Shown here: positions 24,246 through 37,171 of the stretch, piece after piece | How the letters are laid out: each line of letters starts with the position of its first letter | Position numbering within the stretch: position 1 is the stretch's first letter | From: Chiloscyllium plagiosum | Taxonomy: Eukaryota | Length of the DNA stretch: 64,000 nt | Assembly (NCBI RefSeq): GCF_004010195.1 | Contig: NC_057731.1 | Location: 35,385,945-35,449,944 of the forward strand | Direction of reading: 5' to 3' | Position numbers and translations under genes: made by a program | The notes under the pieces: model-generated | The model's input: only the letters and a program-made list of their open reading frames with translations | The model's database searches: none | Told to the model about the DNA's origin: nothing

Positions 24246-25387
24246 TTAATACTGGACCATAGGGCTGCAGATAGATGTTGTACCAGTAGAAATCACCACT
24301 GTCTTGGACGGTAGTGCTGTTCAATCGAGTTACTGGTCTCTGATTGGTGGGCAGTGTGAGGGAGGTGGGACTTCTGCCCTCCAGGGTCATTGATCCAAGG
24401 AGGACCTGCCATTGCCCAGTTACAGTAGGCCTTCCCTAAAAGTGGCGGCACCAGGACACTCACCAGTTTTCCAGTCCCACCTCCGTTAAACACCACCCGA
24501 GAATTCCACCTGGTATTGTGCAAAACTAGGTTTCAATCTGAATCCATCTCAGATCTGTGGGACTGGGAAACGTGCGCGTTGATTTATAATATGTGTATCT
24601 CTAAAACTCACATTCTTGCCAGTACTGTGCACTTGCTGCACTTAAAATTACAAGGACAAAATTTACAGAAGAAAATGTCAACCATTGTTATTAGTTACAC
24701 AGATTAGCAACAACTTATGGCAAAAGAAGAAACATCCATGAATTGCAAATTGCCACAAATTGCTGCACAATTTCCACCATGCTACACTTTGTGAAAACAA
24801 AAGTTTGCCCATAAGCTCCCTATTAGCTTCATAAAATGTACTCTATTGGCTATTAATTACCCATTAAATTCATCATGGAAAATTAATGCTGATAATTAAT
24901 AAGGGAGTATCCTTTTAACCATTAATGAATGCCAATCAACCTTACTGACCCAGAACAATTAAACAATTATTTGAAATAAAAATATACAACAAAAACAGTT
25001 AGAGAATGGGCTCTCAGTCATAAAGTAGTGAATTTATTAAACTAGAAAAGTAGTTAAGGACAGCAGGATTGAAAATGAGAGGCTATAATTGAAATTGGGA
25101 GGGGGGGCAAAGTTGGGACTTGGAGCTAAAGTCAGAGAAGAGAGGGGAACTGGAGAATTATAGGATCACATGATAATTTTTGGGAACTATAATGCAATGG
25201 TTTGGTTTTGTTACAACCACATACACAGTATTATTGTGTTTTTGTGCATTTTTATTTTTAATCAAAACTTGGAATATATAACGTTGACATAGTTGCTTTG
25301 CCCAGATCATTGCTTGAGCAGAATAGGTCATGATTCTGAATAAGTGACGTGGAGGTCAAGATTTTGGGCAGATTTGCTCTCAGGATT

Positions 25388-25681
25388 AAGTGGTTAGCCT
25401 CACAGCACCAGGGTTTCAGGTTCAATTCCAGCCTCAGGTGACTGTCTGTGTGGAGTTTGCACATTCTCCCCGTGTCTGCGTAGGTTTCTTCCGGATGCTC
25501 TGGTTTCCTCCCACAGTCCAAAGATGTGCAGGTCAGGTGAATTGGCCATGCTAAATTTCCCATAGTGTTTGGTGCATTAATCAGATGGAAATGGGTCTGG
25601 GTGGGTTACTCTTCGGAGGGTCGGTGTGGACCTGTTGGGCCAAAGGGCCTGTTTTCACACTGTAGGGAATCTAATGTAATC
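25388..25681 (+). mobile_element. HE1-type SINE
   Basis: Close match to 417-709. Confidence 0.85.
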
Positions 25682-25966
25682 AGGACTAAGTCCAAGACTC
25701 AGCAGAACATGTACAGAGGATAAATAATGAAAGCAAATGTAGAAATGGAACCGGTAGGATTAAAACTTGTTTATCCCCCAGAAATGTTGCATCTATTAAG
25801 TGAGTACGTTTCACTTAGTTCAGTTATCGGTGCTCAGCATTATTAAGGAAGAAATTGAACAGCAACCATATATGTACAAGTTGGCCAGATACAGAAATCA
25901 GAAATTTACTGCATGAAGTGCCCTTGTCCTCCAAGAGCTCTGCTATTATATCCTTCATGAGATGAT

Positions 25967-26120
25967 ATGGAGTTGCCAGTGTTGGACTGGGGTGGACAAA
26001 GTCAGAAGTCACATGACACCAGGTTATAGTCCGACAGGTTTATTTGAACTCACAAGCTTTCAGTGGGCCTGACAAAATACAATTGTCAGACTATAGCCTG
26101 GTGGTTTGTGACTTTTGATA
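25967..26120. mobile_element. Short inverted-repeat element of a second, probably Penelope-derived, family
   Basis: CACCAGGTTATAGTCCGACAGG vs TGTCAGACTATAGCCTGGTG; related single arm at ~1326-1400. Confidence 0.5.
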
Positions 26121-28464
26121 TTCTCAATGAGAGACTTGGTATTCACCTGCATGGAATCGGATGTGCTTAATAGCTAGTTAGCAACCTATCAGAAAAAAAT
26201 TTACAGCAAATCTATTCTAGTGTAAGCATATTTTTAACAGCATGATTAATCTCAATTTCTGCCAAACAACCTTGCTGGCACTAAAAATCAACTTTACAAG
26301 TGTAGAGTTGCATTCCTTCAAAATTTAGTGCTGGACATTTTTAAAAAGTTGTGAAAAAGTTTCTTTCTTTAATATTTTGTTTATTTCTCACTTAATCCTA
26401 TCTTTCTTTCACCATCCATTTTGATTCCTCTACATTATTTGGCATTGGATTAAATGTTTCAACTTGCTCTTCCTGGTCCAGTCTGCTTCAAAAATCTATG
26501 GCTCATAACCAACCAATGGCAGAAGAGGGAAGAGTGGGGAAGAGTGAGGAGAAGTGGGGCAAGGGAGTTACTGTAGTGTGAGGCAGTGAGAGTAAGGGTT
26601 CAATGTTGTCAGGGGTGAGGGAGTAACTGATCACTGTTAGGGGTGTTGAGGGAAGGGGTCAAGAGCCTCTATGTTGGGGGTGAGGTGAGCTAATTGAGGG
26701 CAGTGCACACTCTCTGTTGATAGGAGAGGGAGGTGAAGTCTGGGGGAGATGGGGTGAACACCATTGTGGAGGTAGCAGAGAGCTCTCAACATCATGGGTA
26801 GGGGTTTGAGAAGTTGTTCACACTAAAAAGAGAAATGCTGGTCGTGTGATAATGAAATATTGCTGACATTATTTTTTAGTTTCTCTTTTACTGTGAAACA
26901 AGCTGGAAATTATATAATTCACATAAATCTGAAGACATTTAGTTTTGCCTCTACTGCAAGGGGGACACAATACCTCCATACCGTGAGGGACCAGCTGGAA
27001 GTTAAAAGATATGCTTCGCATTTCTGAAGGAGTTAGGATCAAAAGTCACAGCTAAAAATACAGAGCTTGGTCCAGACACAAAGGAACAGGTGAGGAGTGG
27101 TGCTCCTAATGTAATCACTACACCTCAGAAAAATCAAGACAAAATCAGTAAAGATCACTATGAATCTTATGTGCTTTAATTACTTTTATTTCAAAAGTGT
27201 TTGTTGAGGTAGCTCTGATAAACCTTTCAGCTAATTAACTCCTCCAAGCCGGCACTCCCTGATAAAGTGCCATCATCACTCACTAAGTGTTATTTAAGTT
27301 ATACAAAGGGAGTTCAGATTGTATTAAAATTAGACAATCACATAATAGTTATTATTTAATATTGATAAATATTAATGCTAAAACATTATAAAAATCAATC
27401 CTGAGAACCATCCTTATGGCTTTGAATGCAATCATTACTGGATATTCAGTCTTAGTGCCCATGGTAAGTCAGAGAACATGCTACTTGACGTGGATAGAAG
27501 CAATACACCAGGAAAGGTATAATGTTTTATTCTGCTGTGTTTAACCTAATGTGTCCCTTTAAGGTCACAAGTTGTTGAGCCTTCCTAAAGTCAGTTTGAG
27601 ATCAATTGGCAACAGGCAAATTGAAAACTATTAGAGTATTTATAGCACAGAAAGCAACCATGTCGCTCATTAGTATTTCAATGGCAGAGATTGTGGTTGG
27701 TGTTCCACTGGATAAATAGTGTCACAGCTTCATAGCCATGTTCATAGTGTTCAGTGCCAGAACATAAAAACACTGGATGACTGCTTTGCTAATTCTTGGA
27801 TAGAAATCAATTTCTACAGCACTCTCCTTGCAGCTGGTGCTTCCTAGATACAGGAAGTGCTCAATGTTCTATTACATGATGGCGACGGGAGGCTTTGTTG
27901 CCATCCTGCCATCATTGTCTTGGTGTTCTCATAGCTGACACATTGACGAACCTTGCCACTGCTACTCAAGACTGGCCATCACATTTTGGAGGATGCACAG
28001 TTCTCTGGCCAACAAATGATGTCATTCTCAAAATCCAGATAGCCAGCCAGTGATGCTGCTGCAGCATGCCAAAGTCTGGACTCACCATCACCTTCCTCAT
28101 TCTGAATTTGATAGCCAAGAAGAAAGGAAATGGAGGGGATGGAGTTTGCAGCCTTGTCATTCTCCTGTGCCGGTGATGATACTGAAGTGACCTATAGTGC
28201 TAATGCTATTTTTGATACAACAGCTGGAGTCACAGTATAAGCTTTTGTTGATGATAATATACTGTTCCAGGACGTCATCCTTGTAAAGTAATAAGATAGT
28301 GATGAAGGAACAGTGATGAGTAAGAATCTGAGTAAAGAGAAGGAGCAATCTCTATGAGAGAGGTAGATGTACTTACCGAGAAGTGTAGAAAGTAAAAAAT
28401 GTAAATAGGGACTTTTGAATAAACCTTTACAGCCAGATCTTATTCAGCCGTAGGTGAAGGAAAA

Positions 28465-29050
28465 TGTTCCTAATAGAACAGGCCACATGTTAAACAACTG
28501 GAGCCATGCAGTGAGTAACTCATCTCCCGACTCCCAAAAGCCAACCCAACATCTACAAGTCAGGACTGCAATGAAATAGTCCCCACTTTTCTGGATAAGT
28601 GCAGCTTCAATACTCAAGAATTTTGGCACCATCCAGGACAAAGCAGCCTGCTTGATTGGCACCACATCCACAAACATTCACTGTCTCTACCATTGACATG
28701 TGATGTGTAACACTTACAAGATGCACTGCAGATATTCGCCAAGGCGCCTAAGACAGCATCTTCCAAAGCTACATCACCAATATCTAGAAGGACAAGGTCA
28801 GCAGATACAAGAGAGCAACACCTTCTGCAATTTTCCCTCCAAGCCACTCACCATCCTGACTTGGAAATATATCCCCATCCCTTCTCTGTCACTTGGTCAA
28901 AACCCTGAAACACTCTCTCTCACACACATTGTGGGTCTTCCTGCATCAAATGGACTTTGTTAGTTCAAGAAGCTCTTCTCAAAGGCAACTAGGGATGTGC
29001 AATAAATGTTGGCTCAGCCAGAGATGCCCACATCTGATGAATGAATCTTT
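28465..29050 (+). mobile_element. LINE 3' remnant, same family as 15530-16390
   Basis: CACCATCCAGGACAAAGCAGCCTGCTTGATTGGCACC; tail GCAATAAATGTTGGC...GCCCACATC. Confidence 0.7.
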
Positions 29051-30533
29051 TAAAAAATCCAACCATTATTTAAACTAGAACCAAATGACAAACAATGGTA
29101 ACACTATTCTAACAATAAATTGGCGTCCTTGACAAAGTCCTCCAAGGAGAAGTCAGAAGATTCCCGGTTAGAGGCACACTGAAAATCCGTGTCTTTATGT
29201 ATATAATGTTTCAGAATCAGAGGGCTACATTATCATTATACAACTAAGTATATAATAGGTAACACACAGATCTGGTTGACCAAGCAGTAACCTAATTGAG
29301 AAGTGAACGTGTTTTCATTAACCATACCAAAATCTTTACCAGATTTTAAGAAGGAATTTAAATAAATCAGGAAAGCACAAAAAGGTACCTAGGTTAGGAA
29401 ATTTGGACAAGTTATAATGCAAATAATTAACTCTTATGACTAATACAAACAGAAAAAAACTCTAAACAATCAAACTTTTGAAGAGGGTGATTACCGTGTG
29501 ATAGCAAGCAAACAAAGCTTGAAGGCATATTGTCAGAATGTCCCCAAGATCCCTAGTTCAAGCTAGGACACAGCAGACCCTCCTGACAGAATTTAATTGC
29601 TAGGCCAGTGTTCAGACCTATGCTTTTGAGATTTCCATGTGCCCAATGAATTAAAACAATCTATGAAGATTTGCTTAGCAATTGGGAATGAAGATCTATG
29701 CAGATATAACACATCAGCATTAACAGCCCAGAAGCTGAAAAGATCCCTAAAAGACATGAGCCACATTAGAAAAACAATTCAAAGTGCGTTTAAACCTTCT
29801 GTAATTGATTAGGGTTCATGACATCAAGACAGAAGCCTATTGAGTGCATAGACGTTCTGAGCAGATGCAAAGAAAAGGCTTTATTATGTGACTTTTTTTA
29901 AATGGAGAGTCATTAAAATGTATTATTGAGAAAGTGATTGAAGCTCTCCAAAACTACTTGTAATTATGAAATGCTCCTTGCAACTAAGCTTACCAGTCCT
30001 AAATACAAATGAAACAATTGACACAATCATTGGATCACCCAGACATAGCATGATGTGTGAATTGCACGTACAAAGAAAATGTTTAGCTTTCAATCATCTT
30101 TTCAGGTAAGTGACAGACAAAGCCATTGGCAGAGGCAATGCATTTCAAAAAAATCTAATACAGGTCCAAAGAGCCACACTCTGATCCAAACAGCCACAAC
30201 CAAGGAGTATCTTCAAGCTGCAATAAAGATCATCTGATATCCAGCATCAAGTTCCTAGGAGTGATGATAACTGACAATTTGTCCTGGACATCCCCATAGA
30301 TGTGATGGTCAATAGGGAACAACAACGCTTCCTCAGATGGCTTAGGAACTTCAACATGTTCATAAGGACCCTTACCAACTTTTACAGATGCACCATAGAA
30401 AACATTCTATCTGGGAGTATCATGGTCTGGTACAGCAACTGCTTTGCCCAGGACTGTAAGAAACTACAGAAAGTTGTGTACATAGCCCAGACCAACACAG
30501 ATGCCAATCGCCAATCCATGGACTCCATTTACA

Positions 30534-32713
30534 CAGGGACCTCGATTATCCAGCATTAGATTATCCAAATATTGGATTATCCAGCAAGATCGCAATGTCC
30601 CGATGCTTGGCTAACCTATGTTATCTGGCATTTGATTATGCTGGATGACTAAAGAAATTGAGGGTTTGGTTAAGAAAAAGGAAGCATTAGTCAGGTATAG
30701 ACAGGATAGATCGAGTGAATCCTTACAAGAGTATAAAGGAAGTAGGAGTATACTTAAGAGGGAAATCAGGAGGGCAAAACGGGGACATTAGATAGCTTTG
30801 GCAAATAGAATTAAGGAGAATCCAAAGGGTTTTTACAAATATATTAAGGACAAAAGGGTAACTAGGTAGAAAATAGGGCCCCTCAAAGATCAGCAAGGTG
30901 GCCTTTGTATGGAGCCACAAAAAATTGGGGAGATACTAAATGATTATTTTGCATCAGTATTTACTGTGGAAAAGGATATGGAAGATATAGACTGTGGGGA
31001 AATAGATGATGACATCTTGCAAAATGTCCAGAATACAGAGGAGGAAGTGCTGGATGTCTTGAAATGGTTAAATGTGGATAAATCCCCAGGACTTGATCAG
31101 GTGTACCTGAGAACTCTGTGGGAAGTGAGAGATGTGATTGCTGGGACTCTTGCTGAGATATTTGTATCTTCAATCGTCACAGGTGAGGTGCCGGAAGACT
31201 GGAGGTTGGCAAACGTGGTGCCACTGTTTAAGAAAAGAAGGGTGGTAAGGACAAGCCAGGGAACTATAGACCGGTGAGCCTGACCTCAGCGGTGGGCAAG
31301 TTGTTGGAGGAAATCCTGAGGGATAGGATGTACATGTATTTGGAAAGGCAAGGACTGATTAGGGATAGTCAACATGGCTTTGTGCATGGGAAATCATGTC
31401 TCACAAACTTAATTGAGTTTTTTGAAGAAGTAACAAAGAAGAGTGATAAGGGCAGAGCAGTAGATGTGATCTACATGGACTTCAGTAAGGCGTTCAACAA
31501 GGTTCCCCATGGGAGACTGATTAGCAAGGTTAGATCTCACGGAATACAGGGAGAACTAGCCATTTGGATACAGAACTGGCTCAAAGGTAGAAGAAAGAGG
31601 ATGAGGGTGGAGGGTTGTTTTTCAGACTGGAGGCCTGTGACCAGTGGAGTACCACAAGGATCGGCGCTGGGTCCTCTACTTTTTGTCGTTTATATAAATG
31701 ATTTGGATGCGAACATTAGAGGTACAGTTAGTAAGTTTGCAGATGACTCCAAAATTGGAGGTGTAGTGGACAGCGAAGAGGGTTACCTCAGATTACAACA
31801 GGATCTTGACCAGATGGGCCAATGGGCTGAGAAGTGGCAGATGGAGTTTAATTCAGATAAATGCGAGGTGCTGCATTTTGGGAAAGCAAATCTTAGCAAA
31901 TCTTAGCATTATACACTTAATGGTAAGGTCCTAGGGAGTGTTGCTGAACAAAGAGACCTTGGAGTGCAGGTTCATAGCTCCTTGAAAGTGGAGTCGCAGG
32001 TAGATAGATAGTGAAGAAGGCTTTTGGTATGCTTTCCTTTATTGGTCAGAGTATTGAGTATAGAAGTTGGGAGGTCATGGTGTGGCTGTACAGGACATTG
32101 GTTAGGCCACTGTTGGAATATTGCATGCAATTCTGATCTCCTTCCTATTGGAAAGATGTTGTGAAACTTGAAAGGGTTCAGAAAAGATTTACAAGGATGT
32201 TGCCAGGGTTGGAGGATTTGAGCTACAGGGAGAGGCTGAACAGGCTGGGGCTGTTTTCTCTGGAGCATCGGAGGCTGAGGGGTGACCTTATAGAAGTTTA
32301 CAAAATTATGTGGGGCATGGATAGGATAAATAGACAAAGTCTTTTCCCTGGGGTTGGGGAGTCCACAACTAGAGGGCATAGGTTTAAGGTGAGAGGGGAA
32401 AGATATAAAAGAGACCTAAGGGGCAACTTTATCACTCAGAGGGTAATACATGTATGGAATGAGCTGTCAGAGGATGTGGTGGAGGCTGGTACAATTGCAA
32501 CATTTAAGAGGCATTTGGATGGGTATATGAATAGGAAGGGTTTGGATGGATATGGGCTGGGTGCTGGCAGATGGGTCTAGATTGGGTTGGGATATCTGGT
32601 CGGCATGGACAGGTTGGACCAAAGGGTCTGTTTCCATGCTGTACATCTCTATGAATCTATAACCGAACAAAATACTCCCCGCCCGTGTCCTTCGGATAAT
32701 TAAGGTTTCTCTG
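30534..32713. mobile_element. Tigger/pogo-like non-autonomous DNA transposon (interrupted by CR1)
   Basis: Imperfect terminal inverted repeats CAGGGACCTCGATTATCC ... GGATAATTAAGGTTTCTCTG; internal GATTATCC repeats. Confidence 0.6.
30646..32660 (+). mobile_element. CR1-clade LINE, 5'-truncated (RT plus 3' tail)
   Basis: PEDWRLANVVPLFKK, QHGF...SCLTNL, MDFSKAFNKVPH, SGVPQGS, KFADD; tail TACATCTCTATGAATCTAT. Confidence 0.95.
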
Positions 32714-34772
32714 TGCCCTTCTCGTTGATGATATTGGCAGCCTTTCTGCAGCAAAGACCCCTCTCATCCAAATCTCATCGTAATGCTCTCATCCAAACTC
32801 TTCCATCAACCAGAAGGTACGGAAGCTTGAGCACATGCATCAAACGGTTCAAGAACAGCTTCTTCCCCGCTGTTACTAGGCTGCTGAACAGACCTCGCTA
32901 ATTTCAAGTAATGTTGACCTTGCTTTGTGCAGCTTTGTGCATTGTACGCCTCGATCTGTTTAGCACCCCATGATCTGTATGTCTTTGTTTGCCTATACTG
33001 CATGCAAAACAAAGTTTTTCACTGTACTTATGTACATCTGACTGCAATAAATCAAATCAAATTCTGCCAAAGACAATATACATCAGATGATCGACAAACT
33101 AGAATCTGATTACGTACAGGATGATACAGAGATCAGTGAATACATATTTTACATTGATGTTGAGATTAAAAGTGTCATCACACCATTTGAAGTGCTTGCA
33201 ATAATTCAAATGATCCTTCCTCATTAAATTGGTAACTATTCATGGCTAAGATAGGAGTAATTGTCCACATACCAACCCTGCCAATTCTAAAATACATGTA
33301 CGCATAGACATGGGAAACCAAGACAAAACCTGCAAATGTAAAATTTTCCTCATACATTGGTTCACCAAGTTCAAGAAAAATCGTGCTGAAGTGCAAGTAC
33401 AAAATTAATCTGCCAGTCCATGACAAATATTTCTAAAGGGAAACAAAAGACTTGATATTGAATATTTTATGGCGGCTATGAGAGATCTGGTTTTGTTTTC
33501 TATTGTTGTCATTAAATGTTAATCACTATCTGTGATGATATGGTAATGTAAATAAATGTGTTGTACAAGTTAGATCAGGCCTGTGAGAGATGGTAACAGG
33601 ACTGGATCCCCATTGAGGAGATGCTTCAGAGCAGATGGAACATTTATAGCTGAGGAATGCTAGTGTACAGATCAACATTCAGCTCCACATAAACATGCCA
33701 GAACTTGAATACTTAGTAGTCTAGACAATAATCTCTATGCCAATCACAAGTCCAGATACCTCAAAACTCAGAAACAGACCTACAAGCAGAAACTTCAAAA
33801 GCGTAATTTTTCAGTAAATTGAGACAATTTTGAAAATTGTACTTGCTTCTACATTTTTCTCAGCCTGCATGTAGTTTGCAGACTGAAAGAAACAAAAATA
33901 TTTGAATTGATTTCCCTTAGTATAGGTACTTTGTTTCCTGCGTTATTCAGAATGGATTGCTTTTATATCTATCTAGTTGTTTATTATTGGATATTCCTTG
34001 ATGTACTTTGTACAATTTTGGCGACCTGTTTGGATCTGTCTCCATTGTAGAAGATTAAATTTGAACCACCCAAATGCAAGTGTGATGCATACATTACAAA
34101 TCAAGTGTAACACCTTCAGTCTAACATAATCTAATCAATTAAATAGATAAAGACTCAGGCCAATTAGTTGCATTAGTGTTTGGTACGGTAACTATCAAGT
34201 TGAGGTAAGACTTGTAGGCCAAAACTACCCATCACTTGAAAAATATGTATGCATGTGTGGCTGGAAAGGTGATCTATACATACTGGATACTTTTTTTAAA
34301 CTTAGCAAGGAATAGGTTGTAGTTTAAATATACATGCAGCATATTCTGATCAACTGCTTACATAGCTCCTAATAACGATTAATCCAGACAACCTGGCAAA
34401 TTACCAGCAATGTTGCAATATTTGCATTTGCTACAGTGAATGGATTTTGATTGCATTTTTAAAAAGTGAATATTACCCAAATGCCAGCTTGCCATAAATG
34501 CTACAAGCCATAATTCACTTCTGACTTGATCATTGCATAATGAGTAGCACAAGTCAACACTAAAACTATCCAAGAGTTCTTCTTGATACACAAAATTACT
34601 CTCTTAAAAATGTTTTATAGTTCTGATCAGTGATGTTCTGTAGGGCTTAGAATGTTATGTTTAGAAGATCACAAATTTGATTCACCTTACTTGAAATCAT
34701 TACTTGACAAAAGCACTACAATAGTGAATTTGAAAATGAATTTGTACCTTTGACACTTTCATTTCTACTTAC

Positions 34773-34880
34773 ATCACTTGTTAAGTTTCCAACCTTCATA
34801 CAATGCAGTGTGCGGCTGTCCATACCAACTCCTTCGTAATGGCCTTTCACTTGATTATGGTAAGCTTCTTTGTATTTGAG
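34773..34880 (-). CDS. NRAP: NRAP coding exon 12
   Basis: tag|LKYKEAYHNQVKGHYEGVGMDSRTLHCMKVGNLTSD|gtaagt; 108 nt. Confidence 0.94.
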
Positions 34881-35607
34881 CTACATAAGCAATAGAATGG
34901 GGGTCAATTCATTCATTGCATTTTCCAATCATAAAATACTTAAGGTGCATAAAATTACTTGAGTGTTTATTTACTTTTTTATCTTCTCATATCAGTTTAT
35001 GCTTCAAATAATGTACATATCACCTCTTATACTAACTTTACAGGAAATATAAAAATTAATTTTCAGTGCTGGGGAGGCTGTTTGCTAGTAACTATATCTC
35101 ATCACACAATTACAAATTCACTTATACTTGAACGAACAAGCTCTAACATTTTCTGGTGAATTTTGAGGGTATTTAGTCAGAAAATACCATAAATTCATGC
35201 CTATCCTATACCTGGTGCCATGTTTCTCAACAGAGTACCTGTTCTGGATCTTGCTGATCAAAGTTAATCTCTAACAGATATACAACTGAGGTTATTAATG
35301 TATCATAAAATCTGAGCAAATTCAAAGCATTAGATTCAGTTGTATTGTCATTTCATTATTGGAGAAAAGTCAAACAAAGTGCCCGTCACCGCAAAAGTCA
35401 GAAAGTTTGATGGGGAGGAGGATATTACCACTGTACCATTAGAGGCCACAACTGTTATTAATGCCTAACCCCAGCATATGCTTAAACATAACTAAAGTAC
35501 AATTACCAATCACAAATCGGTAATTGTCAACCTATCAAACTGAACTAGTTAAAATCAGCACTGAACTACTTTAACGTTAAAACCAGCATTAAATTGTGAT
35601 AACTCAC

Positions 35608-35712
35608 ATCACTAGTAAATTTCGATAACTTGGCAATATTCTTGAACTGAGGGGTTTCACAGTAGTTAATGCTGTAACCTTTGGATGTGTCCAAGTCCTT
35701 CTTGTACTCTAT
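35608..35712 (-). CDS. NRAP: NRAP coding exon 11 (homolog of mammalian alternatively spliced exon 12)
   Basis: cag|IEYKKDLDTSKGYSINYCETPQFKNIAKLSKFTSD|gtgagt; 105 nt. Confidence 0.93.
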
Positions 35713-35896
35713 CTGAAAAGTTATAAACAATAGTTAAGAAACAAAGAATAAGTATTGGGTAAGATGTTTTAGGAAAATGTTTCCCAGTCCAAGAATAACA
35801 GGTTCTGGTGCTTGCAGGGTTGAGAAATCTCTCAAAGCATATTTCAACCATGCTCTGTACTGGCTTTCACTAAAGTAGATTGAAGGAATCCATGGT

Positions 35897-36235
35897 GGGC
35901 GATATGGTGGCTCATTGCCTTTCAGCATCAGGCACCCAGGTTCAATTCTATCCTTGTGTGACTGTCTGTGTAGAGTTTGCACAGTCTCTCCGTGTCTGCT
36001 TGTGTTTCCTCTGGGTAATCTGGTTTCTTCCTAAGTCCAAAGATGTGCAGGTTAGATAGATTGGCAATGCTAAATTTCCCAAAGTGTTCAGGGATGGGAA
36101 GTTTAAGTGGATTAGCCATGGGATCTGCAGGGATGGGATGGGTCTGGGCGAGATGCTCTTCAGAGGGTTGGTGTAGGCTTGATGGGCCAAACCCTGTTTC
36201 CACACTGTAGGGATTCAATGATTTCTATGAATCTA
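35897..36235 (+). mobile_element. HE1-type SINE (diverged)
   Basis: Same family body and TTTCCACACTGTAGGGATTC tail. Confidence 0.8.
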
Positions 36236-37054
36236 ACCATTGGGGATGTGTAGGTGAAATGATTAAGGTAATGAAGAAGTCAGTTTAGGTCTGTTGGAAT
36301 GCTGGATTTTACCAGCCAGGGGATTTCTTGTCTAACATATTAGCAACTCAGCAGAATCTCGAAGGTCAATGCACATTTTCAAATAGAAGCCTTGCAAATA
36401 GCTGCCAGATCACTCCACTGGAGGTATTCCTTCCACACAATGGCCAATAGACATAGCTATTAATATTAATACACCATTAACAATCCCAATTTAACAAGTC
36501 TGAACATGGTCATTGAGTTTCCTGTAACAATAACTTCAAGTCAAATCAGTGATTCTGTGTTGACTGCATGAGGAGCACCACAGCGGGCCTTGCAGAATAC
36601 TACTGACAGAGACTTCTCAATTATCACATATTGCACAAACCAGAAACTGCCGTGAATTCACGACTGCAAGAATCTTTGTCACAAATACAAATTCCAAATC
36701 ACAGAATTTCAAATATTTGGTTTGCGAGAGATACAGATCATTGATTACAAGGATAAAAGCAAAAAAAATAATTCAAGCATGCATTGCTATTATTAACATG
36801 AGATGAACATAAACATACACAAGAAATTCCAGTCATATGCACCTGCGTCAAAGACATCAAGCTGTTTAGTACAAATACCACATTGCAAACTATTCTTTGC
36901 TGTATTAATTCACAAACTTATTAGGAAACATTCATTTTTTCAAAAGGAAAGACAATAAATTTTGTTGAAAATAAGGAGCAAAGGAAGATTTTGTTTAGAG
37001 TTCTCCAAATAATTGAATGAATGTGGTTTACATAGTTAATTACAATTCTGTTAC

Positions 37055-37171
37055 CTCACTGACAAGCTTGTTAACTTCCTTGACATGCTTCATTGCTAAG
37101 TCTTCTTCAGAAGTTAGCATGTGGTATTGGGCTGATCCCTTCATCCTTACAAGATCTTTTTTATATTTTAT
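37055..37171 (-). CDS. NRAP: NRAP coding exon 10
   Basis: cag|IKYKKDLVRMKGSAQYHMLTSEEDLAMKHVKEVNKLVSE|gtaaca; 117 nt. Confidence 0.93.

Larger units (their letters stand above)
30240..33062 (+). mobile_element. Rex1/Babar-like LINE 3' end, split by nested insertions (own sequence ~30240-30533 and ~32735-33062)
   Basis: KFLGV, LTNFYRCTIENILSGSIMVWYSNC, RFKNSFFPAVTRLLN; AATAAA followed by a (TCAAA)n tail. Confidence 0.75.
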
